Origin: Actinomycetota bacterium
GTDB lineage: Bacteria; Actinomycetota; Geothermincolia; Geothermincolales; RBG-13-55-18
Length of the DNA stretch: 64,000 nucleotides
Assembly: GCA_003598015.1 (NCBI GenBank)
Contig: QZKE01000065.1
Coordinates: 8,280 to 72,279 of the forward strand
Direction: 5' to 3'
A program made the translations under genes and the position numbers. This document shows, piece after piece, positions 1 to 9,427 of the stretch. Below the pieces are notes generated by a model, which saw nothing but the letters and a program-made list of their open reading frames with translations, was not told where the DNA came from and ran no database searches. The first letter of the stretch is position 1. Each line of letters begins with the position of its first letter.

Positions 1-650
1 TGCAGAAACAGACCAAGCCACTGGAGGTGTTCGAGGGGCAGCAGAGTGACCTGAAAGCCCTTCAGGACCTTTATACACAGGCCAACACGGGCAGGGTGGC
101 CTGGGCGCAGATGCTCAACGATCTGGCCATGTACGTGCCGGAGGGACTGGCGACCGCATCGAATCCGCGGGCGCCCGCTATCTGGTTGACCCGGCTCAGC
201 ATAGACGCACAGTCCCTGGAGGCGATAGCGGGCGGGGTTGCCCCCGAGGGGCAGGTGGCTGCGACGACCCCCATAACCATCGAGGGTTACGCGACACCCG
301 CGTGGCTGTGCGTGCAGACATGGTTGCCGCGGGCGAGCGATTTCAAGGCCAAGGGATTCCTGGACGCCTACCCCTATTACTACTATTTCAGGGGGCACCC
401 CAAGGTTGCCGAGTTCTTCGTAAGGTTGCACAACATGGAGGAGTGGACCAGCCTGTGGATACAGGATTCCTCGCAGACGACTATCAGTGAAACGATGACC
501 ATAATCGAGGAGACTGATTCTGGACCGCAGGAGGCGGAGGTCAATTACTCCGACTGGGCGATAACCTTTTCCATCACGGGACAGTGGAACCCGGAGAATG
601 CTATCTGGCAAGGGGTCGCGGTCGATAGCACGGCTACGGGGGGGAACTGA
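1..650 (+). CDS. pilN: PilN-like type IV pilus assembly protein, 5' end outside window
   Basis: The reading frame of ORF 27..650 stays open to the left edge (no stop in codons 3-26). The pattern RVAWAQMLNDLAMYVPEGL...IWLTRLSID...ITIEGYA resembles the PilN periplasmic domain. A PilO-like gene follows after a 2-nt gap. Confidence 0.5.
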   Translation, partial: QKQTKPLEVFEGQQSDLKALQDLYTQANTGRVAWAQMLNDLAMYVPEGLATASNPRAPAIWLTRLSIDAQSLEAIAGGVAPEGQVAATTPITIEGYATPAWLCVQTWLPRASDFKAKGFLDAYPYYYYFRGHPKVAEFFVRLHNMEEWTSLWIQDSSQTTISETMTIIEETDSGPQEAEVNYSDWAITFSITGQWNPENAIWQGVAVDSTATGGN

Positions 651-652
651 TC

Positions 653-1234
653 ATGCGTTTAAGGGCAAGTGCCGGAATCTGGCTTATCCTGGGAGCGCTT
701 ATATGCGTGATCATCCTCGTGCTCGGGCTGTTCCTGGTCGTATTCCCGCAGCGCAACAAGACGAACGAAGTACAGACGGAGATAGAGAACGTCGAAACGA
801 GTATCCAGGTGGAGCAGAACCGCCTCAACCAGCTTAAACAGTACGAGAAGGACCCGGAACAGTTCCTCCGCCAGATAGACGTGCTGAAGGAGCGCATTCC
901 GGAGAACGTAGAGTTGGCGGATATCATACAACAAATCGACTACGCGGCAGAGGAGGCCGGTCTTGATTTCTATTCCATAACGCCAGGCCTGCCGGTAGCC
1001 GCACAAGGATACTATATCGTGACCTGCACGGCCGTTTTCAACGGGAGATACTTCAACCTGGTGGAGTTCTTCAATCATATCGAGAGATTGCCGAGGTGTA
1101 TAAAGGTTGTCCTGTTGGAGATAGTAGCGTCCGACGACGGCTTGCCGTACCTTCAGATAACCGTAACGTTCAGAGGATTCTTCACCACCACCCAGGGGAT
1201 AGAGGGCCTGTTGCAGCCAGTGGCGGGAGGATAG
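653..1234 (+). CDS. pilO: PilO-like type IV pilus assembly protein
   Basis: N-terminal TM helix (IWLILGALICVIILVLGLFLVVF), a coiled-coil segment, then a PilO-like C-terminal domain (LADIIQQIDYAAEEAGLDF...YFNLVEFFNHIERLPR). Tightly coupled to the upstream pilN-like ORF. Confidence 0.75.
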   Translation: MRLRASAGIWLILGALICVIILVLGLFLVVFPQRNKTNEVQTEIENVETSIQVEQNRLNQLKQYEKDPEQFLRQIDVLKERIPENVELADIIQQIDYAAEEAGLDFYSITPGLPVAAQGYYIVTCTAVFNGRYFNLVEFFNHIERLPRCIKVVLLEIVASDDGLPYLQITVTFRGFFTTTQGIEGLLQPVAGG

Positions 1235-1292
1235 ACGATTATAGAAGGCGGAGGCCAGGGCAAGGAGGAAAGCGGACTTAGAGAGGGTTGAC

Positions 1293-1994
1293 ATGCGAGG
1301 AAACAGAGCTGAACGCGATGGGGTAATCGATATCTCGTTGGCGAAGAATTATCTCCGTTTGCTTATAGGGCTTTCCCTGGCTTTGGGTATGATCGCCGTC
1401 CTCATCATGGCGAACAACCCCGGGGCGAAAGCGAATGAAAAGACGATGCTCTCGCAGGCCCTGCTCTCGGACAGGGTGGACCTACAGATTGATTCGGAGG
1501 AATTAGCGAGCAGGGTCGTGGACCAGAAATTCCAGATACACATGGAGGAGATGGACCAGCAGATGGGAGAGATACCCTACGTAGAGATATGGGTGCTCAA
1601 CGACCCATTCTATCCCCTGATGGGAGAGGTGGGGGATCTCAGGAGCAACGAGGGGACGCTGTCCGGCAAGGAATGGCAGATGCTGGGGTTCCCGGATTAC
1701 GAAGCGGTTGAAAGTGGAACGACAACGGGAGCGCCCGCCGGCAGCCCCACCAGTTCGTTGCCGGTCACCACAGACGTTACCCAGCGCGTGGTGCTGGTGG
1801 AGGAGATATACGAGATGAGGGGGATAATGTACGCGGACATCAAGGTGAACGATACCACCTACGATAAGCTGAAGGCCGGAAGCGAGTTCGCCGAGGTATT
1901 CCGACTGCAGGAGATAAAGGACGGGAAGACGGCCCTAGTGCTGTGTGGAGACGAGTCTTACGAACTCCAGGTGAACCAGCTCAGGAAGATCTAG
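1293..1994 (+). CDS. Membrane-anchored hypothetical protein, possibly PilP-like pilus assembly component
   Basis: Single N-terminal TM helix (LLIGLSLALGMIAVLIM). The C-terminal beta-rich segment (RVVLVEEIYEMRGIMYADIKVNDTTYDKLKAGSEFAEVFRLQEIKDGKTALV) resembles the PilP core. It occupies the pilP position after pilN/pilO. RBS agagaggg lies upstream. Confidence 0.55.
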   Translation: MRGNRAERDGVIDISLAKNYLRLLIGLSLALGMIAVLIMANNPGAKANEKTMLSQALLSDRVDLQIDSEELASRVVDQKFQIHMEEMDQQMGEIPYVEIWVLNDPFYPLMGEVGDLRSNEGTLSGKEWQMLGFPDYEAVESGTTTGAPAGSPTSSLPVTTDVTQRVVLVEEIYEMRGIMYADIKVNDTTYDKLKAGSEFAEVFRLQEIKDGKTALVLCGDESYELQVNQLRKI

Positions 1995-2014
1995 CGCATC
2001 GTTGGGATTGGGGA

Positions 2015-2039
2015 GGGCGGCCTGGAGCCGCCCTTTTTT
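2015..2039 (+). terminator. Intrinsic terminator after the pilNO(P) block
   Basis: GGGCGGC-ctgga-GCCGCCC stem-loop followed by TTTTTT, 21 nt after the stop at 1994. Confidence 0.8.
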
Positions 2040-2114
2040 AATATGGTGGCGGAGAAGGATGCCGGTCCATCATGTGTGGATGAGCCAGTAAGGATAGTGG
2101 AGGTATAAAAGGCG

Positions 2115-3263
2115 ATGTTGAGGTTTCTTGACGCAGGAGAATCACACGGCAAGGGTATGGTTACCATCGTGGAAGGCATTCCTCTCGGCGTTGCCCTCAA
2201 TGCCTCCAGCATAGAAGCGGAGCTGGCCAGGAGGAGGCTGGGTTACGGCAGAAGCGCAAGGATGTCGCTCGAGGCAGACCGCGTTGAGATATGGAGCGGA
2301 GTGAGATACGGGAGCACCCTGGGCTCTCCCATAGCCATGCTGGTAGCCAACCGTGAAAGCGGGGAGTTCATGAGGGTGGAGCGGGAGGGGGTCGTCGAGC
2401 CGCTTACCGCGCCCCGCCCCGGTCATGCCGATCTTCCGGGGGCCCTGAAGTATGGCACCGGGGACATAAGGGATATCCTGGAGCGGGCTTCGGCTCGCGA
2501 GACGGTGGGCAGGGTCTGTGCGGGGGCGGTGGCCAAGAGACTGCTGCTGGAGATGGATATACGGGTGTTGTCACATGTAACAGCCGTTGGTGGGATAACG
2601 CGGGAGGGTGGCTTGCGTGCGCCCGGCCTGGAGGAGATCGCTGCGGCGGACGAAGATCCCATGAGGTGCCTGGACGCGGAGGCGTCGCTTCGTATGCGCA
2701 AGGAAATAGACCGCGCAAGGGAAGAGGGGGATTCTCTGGGAGGAACATTCGAGGTGGTGGCCTACGGATTGCCCGCGGGCCTGGGCAGTCACGTCCACTG
2801 GGATCGCCGGCTGGACGCCCGCCTGGCGGCGGCGGTGATGAGCATTCAGGCGATAAAGGGAGTGGAGATCGGCTCGGGTTTCAGGCTCGCATCCATGCGC
2901 GGATCCCAAGCCATGGATACGATCCACCACGGACCCGGCCGCGGGTATTTCCGCGGCAGCAACCACGCGGGTGGTTTGGAGGGTGGCATGACCAACAGCG
3001 AGCCCCTGGTCATCAGGGCGGCGATGAAGCCTATCCCGACCCTGGCGTCGGGTCTAGAATCCGTGGACCTGATAAGCAAGGAGAAGGTCGAGGGGGTCGT
3101 CGAAAGAGCCGATACGTGTGCCGTTCCCGCCGCCGGCGTCATCGCCGAGGCCATGGTTGCTTTCGTTGTCGCGGATGCTCTCCTCGAGAAGACGGGTGGC
3201 GACAGCCTGCGCGAGGTGAAGGGAAGGTACAAGGAGATCCTGGCCGCCCAGGAGCGATGCTGA
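2115..3263 (+). CDS. aroC: Chorismate synthase
   Basis: 382-aa ORF. N-terminus MLRFLDAGESHGKGMVTIVEGIPLG and internal RPGHADL, SARETVGRV and GGLEGGMTNSEPL are chorismate synthase signatures. Confidence 0.95.
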   Translation: MLRFLDAGESHGKGMVTIVEGIPLGVALNASSIEAELARRRLGYGRSARMSLEADRVEIWSGVRYGSTLGSPIAMLVANRESGEFMRVEREGVVEPLTAPRPGHADLPGALKYGTGDIRDILERASARETVGRVCAGAVAKRLLLEMDIRVLSHVTAVGGITREGGLRAPGLEEIAAADEDPMRCLDAEASLRMRKEIDRAREEGDSLGGTFEVVAYGLPAGLGSHVHWDRRLDARLAAAVMSIQAIKGVEIGSGFRLASMRGSQAMDTIHHGPGRGYFRGSNHAGGLEGGMTNSEPLVIRAAMKPIPTLASGLESVDLISKEKVEGVVERADTCAVPAAGVIAEAMVAFVVADALLEKTGGDSLREVKGRYKEILAAQERC

Positions 3264-3297
3264 GCGGCGGGTATACAGCACGAAGGACGGGAGAAGA

Positions 3298-3819
3298 TTG
3301 CCGCAGGGAGAGCGGGGAATAGTGGCCATTATCGGCTTCATGGGAGCCGGAAAGAGCACCGTCGGCCGCATGCTTGCCGGACGCCTGGGGATGGATTTCG
3401 TGGACCTGGACGAGGTTATAGAGGCTGCGGCGGAGATGAGCGTGGAAGGCATATTCCATGCGGAGGGCGAGGAAGGTTTCCGCGGGCGCGAGGCGGAGGC
3501 CCTGAAAGGAGAGCTCGAGACGGGAGGCAAGGTTCTCGCGTGTGGTGGTGGGGTCGTAAACAGGGAGGAGAATGTACGCCTGCTCACTGAGGCATGCAGC
3601 GTGTTCTATCTCAGGATCTCGGCGGAGACGGCTATACGTCGCCTCGGGGGAACCACGGGACGACCGTTGCTCCAGGGCGTGGATATGGCATGGGACGTGA
3701 GGGAGTTGATGGACGAGCGCGAGGGGCGGTACGTGCGCGCGGCCCACGAGGTGATAGAAGCGGACGACATGACGCCGGAACAGGTGGTGGAGGAGATCAT
3801 CGCAAGATGGCCGGGATAG
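3298..3819 (+). CDS. aroK: Shikimate kinase
   Basis: P-loop IIGFMGAGKSTVGRMLA followed by DLD. Size (173 aa) and its position between aroC and aroB fit. TTG start at 3298; GTG at 3322 is an alternative. Confidence 0.9.
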   Translation: MPQGERGIVAIIGFMGAGKSTVGRMLAGRLGMDFVDLDEVIEAAAEMSVEGIFHAEGEEGFRGREAEALKGELETGGKVLACGGGVVNREENVRLLTEACSVFYLRISAETAIRRLGGTTGRPLLQGVDMAWDVRELMDEREGRYVRAAHEVIEADDMTPEQVVEEIIARWPG

Positions 3820-4922
3820 TACTGCGCCTGGGGAGTGAAGGATACGCGATCCATGTGGGTCGCGGTCTCTACGAGACGGTACTGGCGCAAACCCTGGTCG
3901 GGATGGACCCGGCGAGGATTGTCCTGGCGAGCCACCCCGATATCCTTGAACTGCACGGTAGCCGCCTCGAAGACGCCCTGCGAGGGATGACCGCGGGCGA
4001 TACCTCCATGATGCATTTCACGTTCCCTCCCGGTGAAGAAAACAAGAGTCTCCTTACGCTCGAGAGGGGCTATGTCGCCCTCCTGGAGGCCGGTGTGACC
4101 AGGGAAGACGTCGTCCTGGCCTTTGGAGGAGGAGTGGTCGGGGACCTGGCGGGATTCCTGGCCGCCTCCTATATGCGGGGAGTCCGCTACCTGCAGGTTC
4201 CCACGACGCTCATGGCCATGGTCGATTCGAGTATAGGCGGGAAGGTCGGTATCGACCTTCCCGGTGCCAAGAACGCGGTGGGATGTTTCCACCAGCCGGT
4301 CGCGGTGGTCAGCGATATCGGCGTATTGAAGACCCTGCCGCAGAGGGAAGTCAACAGCGGCCTTGCGGAGGTAGCGAAGTACGGGTTTCTATACGACGTC
4401 GAGCTCCTGAGCATGTTGAGGATATGGGAGAGTGAAAGATCGTTTGAAGGTACCGCTATCGAGAAGATCATAGCCAGGTGCGCGGGCCACAAGGCAGAGG
4501 TTGTCAGGCAGGACGAGAGGGACGTTATCGGTATAAGAGCCCTGCTGAATTACGGCCATACCTTCGGCCATGCCCTGGAGTCCGCCTGCGGATACCAGGC
4601 GTTGAGACACGGTGAGGCGGTGGCTTTGGGCATGATGATGGCGGCGAGGGCCGCCGAGATGGACGGGATGGCGGCCGGTGGTCTCCTGGAGCTGCACCGC
4701 GATGTCCTCATGCCGTTGATCGCGCAGGTCGAAGCGCCCGAAGGGCTGGAGGTCGAGGTGGTATTGCGGCGCATGCTGGCGGACAAGAAGAGGGGCAGGA
4801 GGCAACGCTTCGTTTTGCTGGAGGCCCCCGGAGAGCCTCGCATAGTGGATTCCCTGGATGAGGATATCGTCAGGAGAGCGGTGGAGGAGATCTTGCGCGA
4901 GACATGGGGGATGGAGCGATGA
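3807..4922 (+). CDS. aroB: 3-dehydroquinate synthase
   Basis: From ATG 3807 (MAGIVLRLGSEGYAIHVG). Motifs GGGVVGDLAGF, DSSIGGKVGID, NYGHTFGHALE and HGEAVALGM are present. The track ORF from 3594 is a spurious upstream extension inside aroK. Confidence 0.93.
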   Translation: MAGIVLRLGSEGYAIHVGRGLYETVLAQTLVGMDPARIVLASHPDILELHGSRLEDALRGMTAGDTSMMHFTFPPGEENKSLLTLERGYVALLEAGVTREDVVLAFGGGVVGDLAGFLAASYMRGVRYLQVPTTLMAMVDSSIGGKVGIDLPGAKNAVGCFHQPVAVVSDIGVLKTLPQREVNSGLAEVAKYGFLYDVELLSMLRIWESERSFEGTAIEKIIARCAGHKAEVVRQDERDVIGIRALLNYGHTFGHALESACGYQALRHGEAVALGMMMAARAAEMDGMAAGGLLELHRDVLMPLIAQVEAPEGLEVEVVLRRMLADKKRGRRQRFVLLEAPGEPRIVDSLDEDIVRRAVEEILRETWGMER

Positions 4923-5380
4923 ACCTGATAACCGTGGTAAACGGGCCGAACCTGAACATGTTGGGGGAGAGGGAGCCGGATGTGTACGGCCGGCTGACCT
5001 GGGAGGAGATCAAGAAAGATCTCGAGGAGAAGGCCTCGGGGATAGGGTGCGAGTTGGAGTTTTTTCAGAGCAATCACGAGGGTGCCATCATCGATTACCT
5101 GCAGGGGATCGGCGGCAGGGCCTCCGGTCTGATCGTCAACCCCGGAGCCCTTACCCATTACGGCTACAGCCTGCGTGACGCCCTGGCCGCGCTGGACCTG
5201 CCGGCCGTAGAGGTGCATCTCACCAACATCTATGCCCGGGAGGACTGGAGAGCGTATTCCGTGATCTCCCCCGTCGTCAAGGGGGTTATATCGGGTTGCG
5301 GGCCACTCGCGTACGGGCTGGCCCTGGAATTCCTGTGCGGGAACGCGAGCTCCGGAAACCAGGCGGATGCAAGGGGCTGA
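4919..5380 (+). CDS. aroQ: Type II 3-dehydroquinate dehydratase
   Basis: MNLITVVNGPNLNMLGEREPDVYG...NPGALTHYSYSL-like motifs. ATGA start/stop overlap with aroB at 4919-4922. Confidence 0.93.
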   Translation: MNLITVVNGPNLNMLGEREPDVYGRLTWEEIKKDLEEKASGIGCELEFFQSNHEGAIIDYLQGIGGRASGLIVNPGALTHYGYSLRDALAALDLPAVEVHLTNIYAREDWRAYSVISPVVKGVISGCGPLAYGLALEFLCGNASSGNQADARG

Positions 5381-5610
5381 CATGGACGCGAGGAGAATCG
5401 CCGTTGACGACATAAGCGCAGCTCAAGGGGCTATCGTAACAATAACGTAACATGCTTTGCAACTAATTTGCGTGCAAAGATTAGAAAAAGGCTTAAGATA
5501 TTTTTAAGGGTTATCGATTGAACAAGAGAAGCCGTCCCATACGGGACTTCGCCCGCGGGAGGCGGGAGGGGACGGGAAGCTTCGGGGAAAACGGAAGGGA
5601 GCATCGGGGC

Positions 5611-6141
5611 ATGAGCAGATCGAGACGGGAGTTCGGCTTTACGGTCATAGAACTAGCCATAACCGTCGTGCTCATAGGGGTCTCCCTGGGGATAGCTTCG
5701 CTGTACTACGGCAGGACGCAGAAGGATCTCTCCATGAAGAGCGCGGTGAGCGAGGTCGAGTCCATCATGGAGAGGGCCTACAACATAGCCATGCAGGAGG
5801 GCGTCGAGGTATACGTCCAGTTCTGGGACGATATGGGAACCCACGCCAACCGCTGTGCCATATACAGGGTTTACCCCGATGGAACCGACGAGCATGCGGA
5901 CGATGAGCCGACCGAACCTCCGCCGAGCGGAGTAACGGCCGATACGGATGGAAGCGGACATTACTGGTTCAAGCTCGCCAACGGTGGCATTGACGTACAG
6001 GATCCGGTAACGCTTCTCTTCAGGAGAGACGGCTCGCTGGTCACCGTGAGCTCCACCGAGGGAGGCATGAGCGTCACCCTGGTGGGGTCTGGACAGACGA
6101 GGACGGTATCCATCAACGACCGCGGCGAGATCAGCAGCTGA
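5611..6141 (+). CDS. Prepilin-type minor pilin, FimT/GspH-like
   Basis: Class III signal MSRSRREFG|FTVIELAITVVLIGV with Glu at +5. The helix segment KSAVSEVESIMERAYNIAMQEGVEVYVQF resembles GspH/FimT. The track ORF start 5518 is probably too far upstream. Confidence 0.8.
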   Translation: MSRSRREFGFTVIELAITVVLIGVSLGIASLYYGRTQKDLSMKSAVSEVESIMERAYNIAMQEGVEVYVQFWDDMGTHANRCAIYRVYPDGTDEHADDEPTEPPPSGVTADTDGSGHYWFKLANGGIDVQDPVTLLFRRDGSLVTVSSTEGGMSVTLVGSGQTRTVSINDRGEISS

Positions 6142-6184
6142 GGTCCCTGAAAACGAGGATGAGGATGCGAACGAGGAGAGGGGA

Positions 6185-8854
6185 ATGGCGATGATGAGGA
6201 GAATAGGCGTTTCCCTGCGCAGTGAGGGAGGTTTCTCCCTGGCCGAGGTGTTGATGGCGGGCCTTATCATGGCGCTGGCCATTCTCCCCATGGTGGGGAT
6301 GTTCGACGGCGCTTTCCTGGCATCGCAGGCCGCTGCCGACATCAATACATCCGCGGAGTGCCTGCAGCTGTACACGGAGAAGATAAGGAACATACCTTTC
6401 TACATGGAACATAGCGAGAGCGACCTCGGCATTCCCCTGGACGTGGACGACTTCTACTGGGGCAGCCGCAGCCCCGTCTACACCAATACCTGGACGACGG
6501 CCCCGGAGGTCGTAGTCAAAAACTACGACGTAGAGCCCTACCCGGATATGAGGGTGACCGTGAAGATGTCCTACATCGATGACGAGGTGATGAACGGCGT
6601 AACCCTGGAGCAGGCCGCCAACGCCACCGTCCTCGCCAGCGACTGGCAACCCACGACCCTGTACGGATACGACCGCCCGCAGAACGCCACCGGCAAGACC
6701 CTCACCCTGATTCTCTACGAGGTCAAGGCGACCGCGCGGAGCGGCCGTTCCTACACCAATGCGGAGCTCTACGCCAATCCCACCGACGCGGTGGCGAACG
6801 TATATATCGACCGCGTGGTTAACATCGACTCGGACAGCAGCAAGCTGGGTACCCGCTATAACGCCCTCTCGGAATGCGTGAGCGCGCCTCACAACAAGAA
6901 CGACATAACCATACGCGCTTACGGCGAGGGCTTCACGGCGGCTGAAGTGGCTTCGGGCCTGGTCGACGTGAGGCTGGTGCGCGTGGAGGATACCGACGTC
7001 CAGCTGCGAGGCAGCCCGACGCTCACCTTCGGGACGGATGCCACCGGGACATACGTCCAGGGGGAGATCGATCTGGCCGATGATGACGGGGACGAGGAGC
7101 CATGGGCGCCCGATTACCGCATGCCCGGCTACTGGCATGCCTGGCTGGCCGTGGATCACGTCATATCCGTCAGGAACAGCGCTTTCGTGGTGGAGTACCC
7201 GGTTCCGGTCTACCACTCTCCCGGATCTGACTTCGCGGACGGCGACGGGAACAAGTCGGGCCTGGAGAGCAGCACGGACGAGGTGATAACCTTCACCAAC
7301 CTCGACTACGTAATCAATTTCGTCACCGGCGAGCATCCCGCCCCCGGCGTTGGAGCCGTGGTGCAACTCGTGCACACCGTCGAAGATGACGGCGTGCCCA
7401 TCGACAGCATCAACGGTACCAATCTTACCATCGTTCCGTCGGCGGCGGACGGATACCAGACCGGTCTTACCTCGGTATCAGCACGCTTCAATTTCACCGG
7501 GCATATCGGCGGCGATTACTACGTGCGCGTGGTCAATTGCATCGACAGGTCGACACCGGATCCGCAGGTCATGGGAAACACCTATTTCGAGCTGGACGCG
7601 GGGCCGTACTACTACCTGGAGGGACCGCCGGCGGTCGACGAGGTCTATGTCTACGAGGAGACACCGGTGACGCCATCCGTACGTCATTTCGGTTACGACG
7701 ACCGTGAGTACACCTACAACCTCGAGATAAAGGGCTTCAACTTCGACGACGAGATCTCCGTGGACGATATCTGGCTGGGCCTCGGCGGGGACGTCCTGGT
7801 CGAGCCTCCGGTGGGTGACAACGAGGTGCACCCGGTCTCGGTGGACATACTGGACGATCAGACCATCCAGGCCGATTTCGACTTCGTGGACGACGTCGGG
7901 GATACGGAGAGGGGCCTGTACTGGCTGTACGTACGCAACAGCAACGGTTTCGGCAATGTCCTCAACCCCGCTTTCGATATCCGCGAGCCCAGGCCCATCG
8001 TCTACGACTACAGCGTGGACACCTACGGCCTGTGGCAGAACTACTACGGCGTGGAGGTGCAGGTCATAGGGGAGTGCTTCGACGTCGACCCCGTGGCGGG
8101 GGATTACGTGGACGTAATGATCAAGGAGAAGGACGTCCCCGCCAACGACTGGCTGGCCACCGAGGCCATGGCCGCCCCGGTGGCCGCACCCGGAGGCAGG
8201 CTCGTCACCTGCGCCCTGAACCTGGTGGGCTGCGATACCGGAGACTGGGAGCTCTACGTGAAGTCCCAACCGGCCGGGCTCACCGACAGCGGCTATACGG
8301 ACGTTATCAGCGGGATCATCTACACGAGCTATATAAGCGTCGATTACGGGACGCCCATCCTCCTGACCCCGGGAGTGCCCGCCGCGGGCCAGCCCTGGTC
8401 GGTGAGCATCACCAGCCGCTATAAGGACTGCAACGGATCGGGGGAGTGGGGAGAGTGGAGCTCCTGGCAGACGGTGACCGAGGGGAACGGCTCGCGGGCG
8501 TGGGCCTGGGAGAACGACCCCCTGCACGACACCGTCAATTACCGCACGGAGGGCGAGATGTACTTCGCGCAGTTGCGCGGCATGGGCTTCAACAAGGACG
8601 GCACCATTGACGTTGAGTGCATGGGCAAGAACGACCTCCCGCCGCAGTTCCCGCTCTTCCAGCAGACCTGGCAGGACCAGGCGGTACACTGCGACCGCGC
8701 CAGCGCCCAGGTGTGGATAGAGATGGACGATACCCAGAAGAAGAGTTCCGGCCCGGACGAGGGCGGATTTGTCAAGATGCGTATCAGGAACGACGGTACC
8801 GGGATGTGGTCCGACTGGTATATCGACAGGTTCGCCTTCCAGTCCCAGGGATAA
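6185..8854 (+). CDS. Giant modular prepilin-type protein (PilV-like pilin domain plus about 650 aa of Ig/IPT-like modules)
   Basis: Class III signal ...SEGG|FSLAEVLMAGLIMALAILPMV with Glu+5. The C-terminal part has beta-sandwich-like segments (e.g. YNLEIKGFNFDDEISVDDIWLGLGGDV...LYWLYVRNSNGFGNV). RBS GGAGAGGGG lies upstream. Confidence 0.8.
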   Translation: MAMMRRIGVSLRSEGGFSLAEVLMAGLIMALAILPMVGMFDGAFLASQAAADINTSAECLQLYTEKIRNIPFYMEHSESDLGIPLDVDDFYWGSRSPVYTNTWTTAPEVVVKNYDVEPYPDMRVTVKMSYIDDEVMNGVTLEQAANATVLASDWQPTTLYGYDRPQNATGKTLTLILYEVKATARSGRSYTNAELYANPTDAVANVYIDRVVNIDSDSSKLGTRYNALSECVSAPHNKNDITIRAYGEGFTAAEVASGLVDVRLVRVEDTDVQLRGSPTLTFGTDATGTYVQGEIDLADDDGDEEPWAPDYRMPGYWHAWLAVDHVISVRNSAFVVEYPVPVYHSPGSDFADGDGNKSGLESSTDEVITFTNLDYVINFVTGEHPAPGVGAVVQLVHTVEDDGVPIDSINGTNLTIVPSAADGYQTGLTSVSARFNFTGHIGGDYYVRVVNCIDRSTPDPQVMGNTYFELDAGPYYYLEGPPAVDEVYVYEETPVTPSVRHFGYDDREYTYNLEIKGFNFDDEISVDDIWLGLGGDVLVEPPVGDNEVHPVSVDILDDQTIQADFDFVDDVGDTERGLYWLYVRNSNGFGNVLNPAFDIREPRPIVYDYSVDTYGLWQNYYGVEVQVIGECFDVDPVAGDYVDVMIKEKDVPANDWLATEAMAAPVAAPGGRLVTCALNLVGCDTGDWELYVKSQPAGLTDSGYTDVISGIIYTSYISVDYGTPILLTPGVPAAGQPWSVSITSRYKDCNGSGEWGEWSSWQTVTEGNGSRAWAWENDPLHDTVNYRTEGEMYFAQLRGMGFNKDGTIDVECMGKNDLPPQFPLFQQTWQDQAVHCDRASAQVWIEMDDTQKKSSGPDEGGFVKMRIRNDGTGMWSDWYIDRFAFQSQG

Positions 8855-8869
8855 GGTGGTGAATGGGAC

Positions 8870-9427
8870 GTGAGAAGAGCCGCTAGGATGAGACGCGCGA
8901 TGGAGCGGGAGGAGGGCTTCACCCTCGTAGAGTTGATGATCGCCTTCCTCATCCTGGCGTTGATCGTGTACGCCGCCTTCAACCTCATGGACGTGAATAT
9001 CAGGGCCGGTACCGTCTATACCCTTACGTCGGATATCAGCCAGGAGTTGAGGGAGGCCTCGAGCACCATGGTGGATCAGTTGCGCACCGCGCGTTCCTTC
9101 GCGGACGCACAGGCATCCAGCGTGACCTTCACCTCGTATCTTACCGGTACGAACGATCTCTACAACGTGCAGTTCCTGCTCCAGGACGGCAACCTTATCC
9201 ACCGCTCCAGCCTCTCCACCCCGAGCGAGGCGGACAACAAGGTGCTGGCAACCAACGTAACCGGCCTGCAGTTCACGTACTACGATTCCACGGGGACCGA
9301 ACTGACGGACCCGGGGAGCAGCCTCGCTTTCATAACCCTGGTCGAGCTGGAGCTGACCATTTCCATGGAAGCGGCCGGCAACGTCGTGACCGACAGCGTG
9401 ACCACCATGGCGAGGACGAGGCGATGA
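8870..9427 (+). CDS. Prepilin-type minor pilin, PilW-like
   Basis: MEREEG|FTLVELMIAFLILALIVYAAF N-terminal methylation motif, 185 aa. Start ambiguous (GTG 8870, ATG 8888 or ATG 8900). Confidence 0.8.
   Translation: MRRAARMRRAMEREEGFTLVELMIAFLILALIVYAAFNLMDVNIRAGTVYTLTSDISQELREASSTMVDQLRTARSFADAQASSVTFTSYLTGTNDLYNVQFLLQDGNLIHRSSLSTPSEADNKVLATNVTGLQFTYYDSTGTELTDPGSSLAFITLVELELTISMEAAGNVVTDSVTTMARTRR

Noticed and set aside
3594-3806. Upstream extension of the aroB ORF (track start 3594)
   Set aside because: It overlaps the aroK coding frame. The translation (GDGYTSPRGNHGTTVAPGRG...) is non-homologous, and AroB homology starts at MAGIVLRL (ATG 3807).
6131-9202. Minus-strand ORFs 6131..7375 (414 aa) and 7478..9202 (574 aa)
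   Set aside because: They are antisense shadows of the 889-aa pilin gene. They have no RBS and no recognisable domains, and their composition is typical of GC-rich antisense frames.
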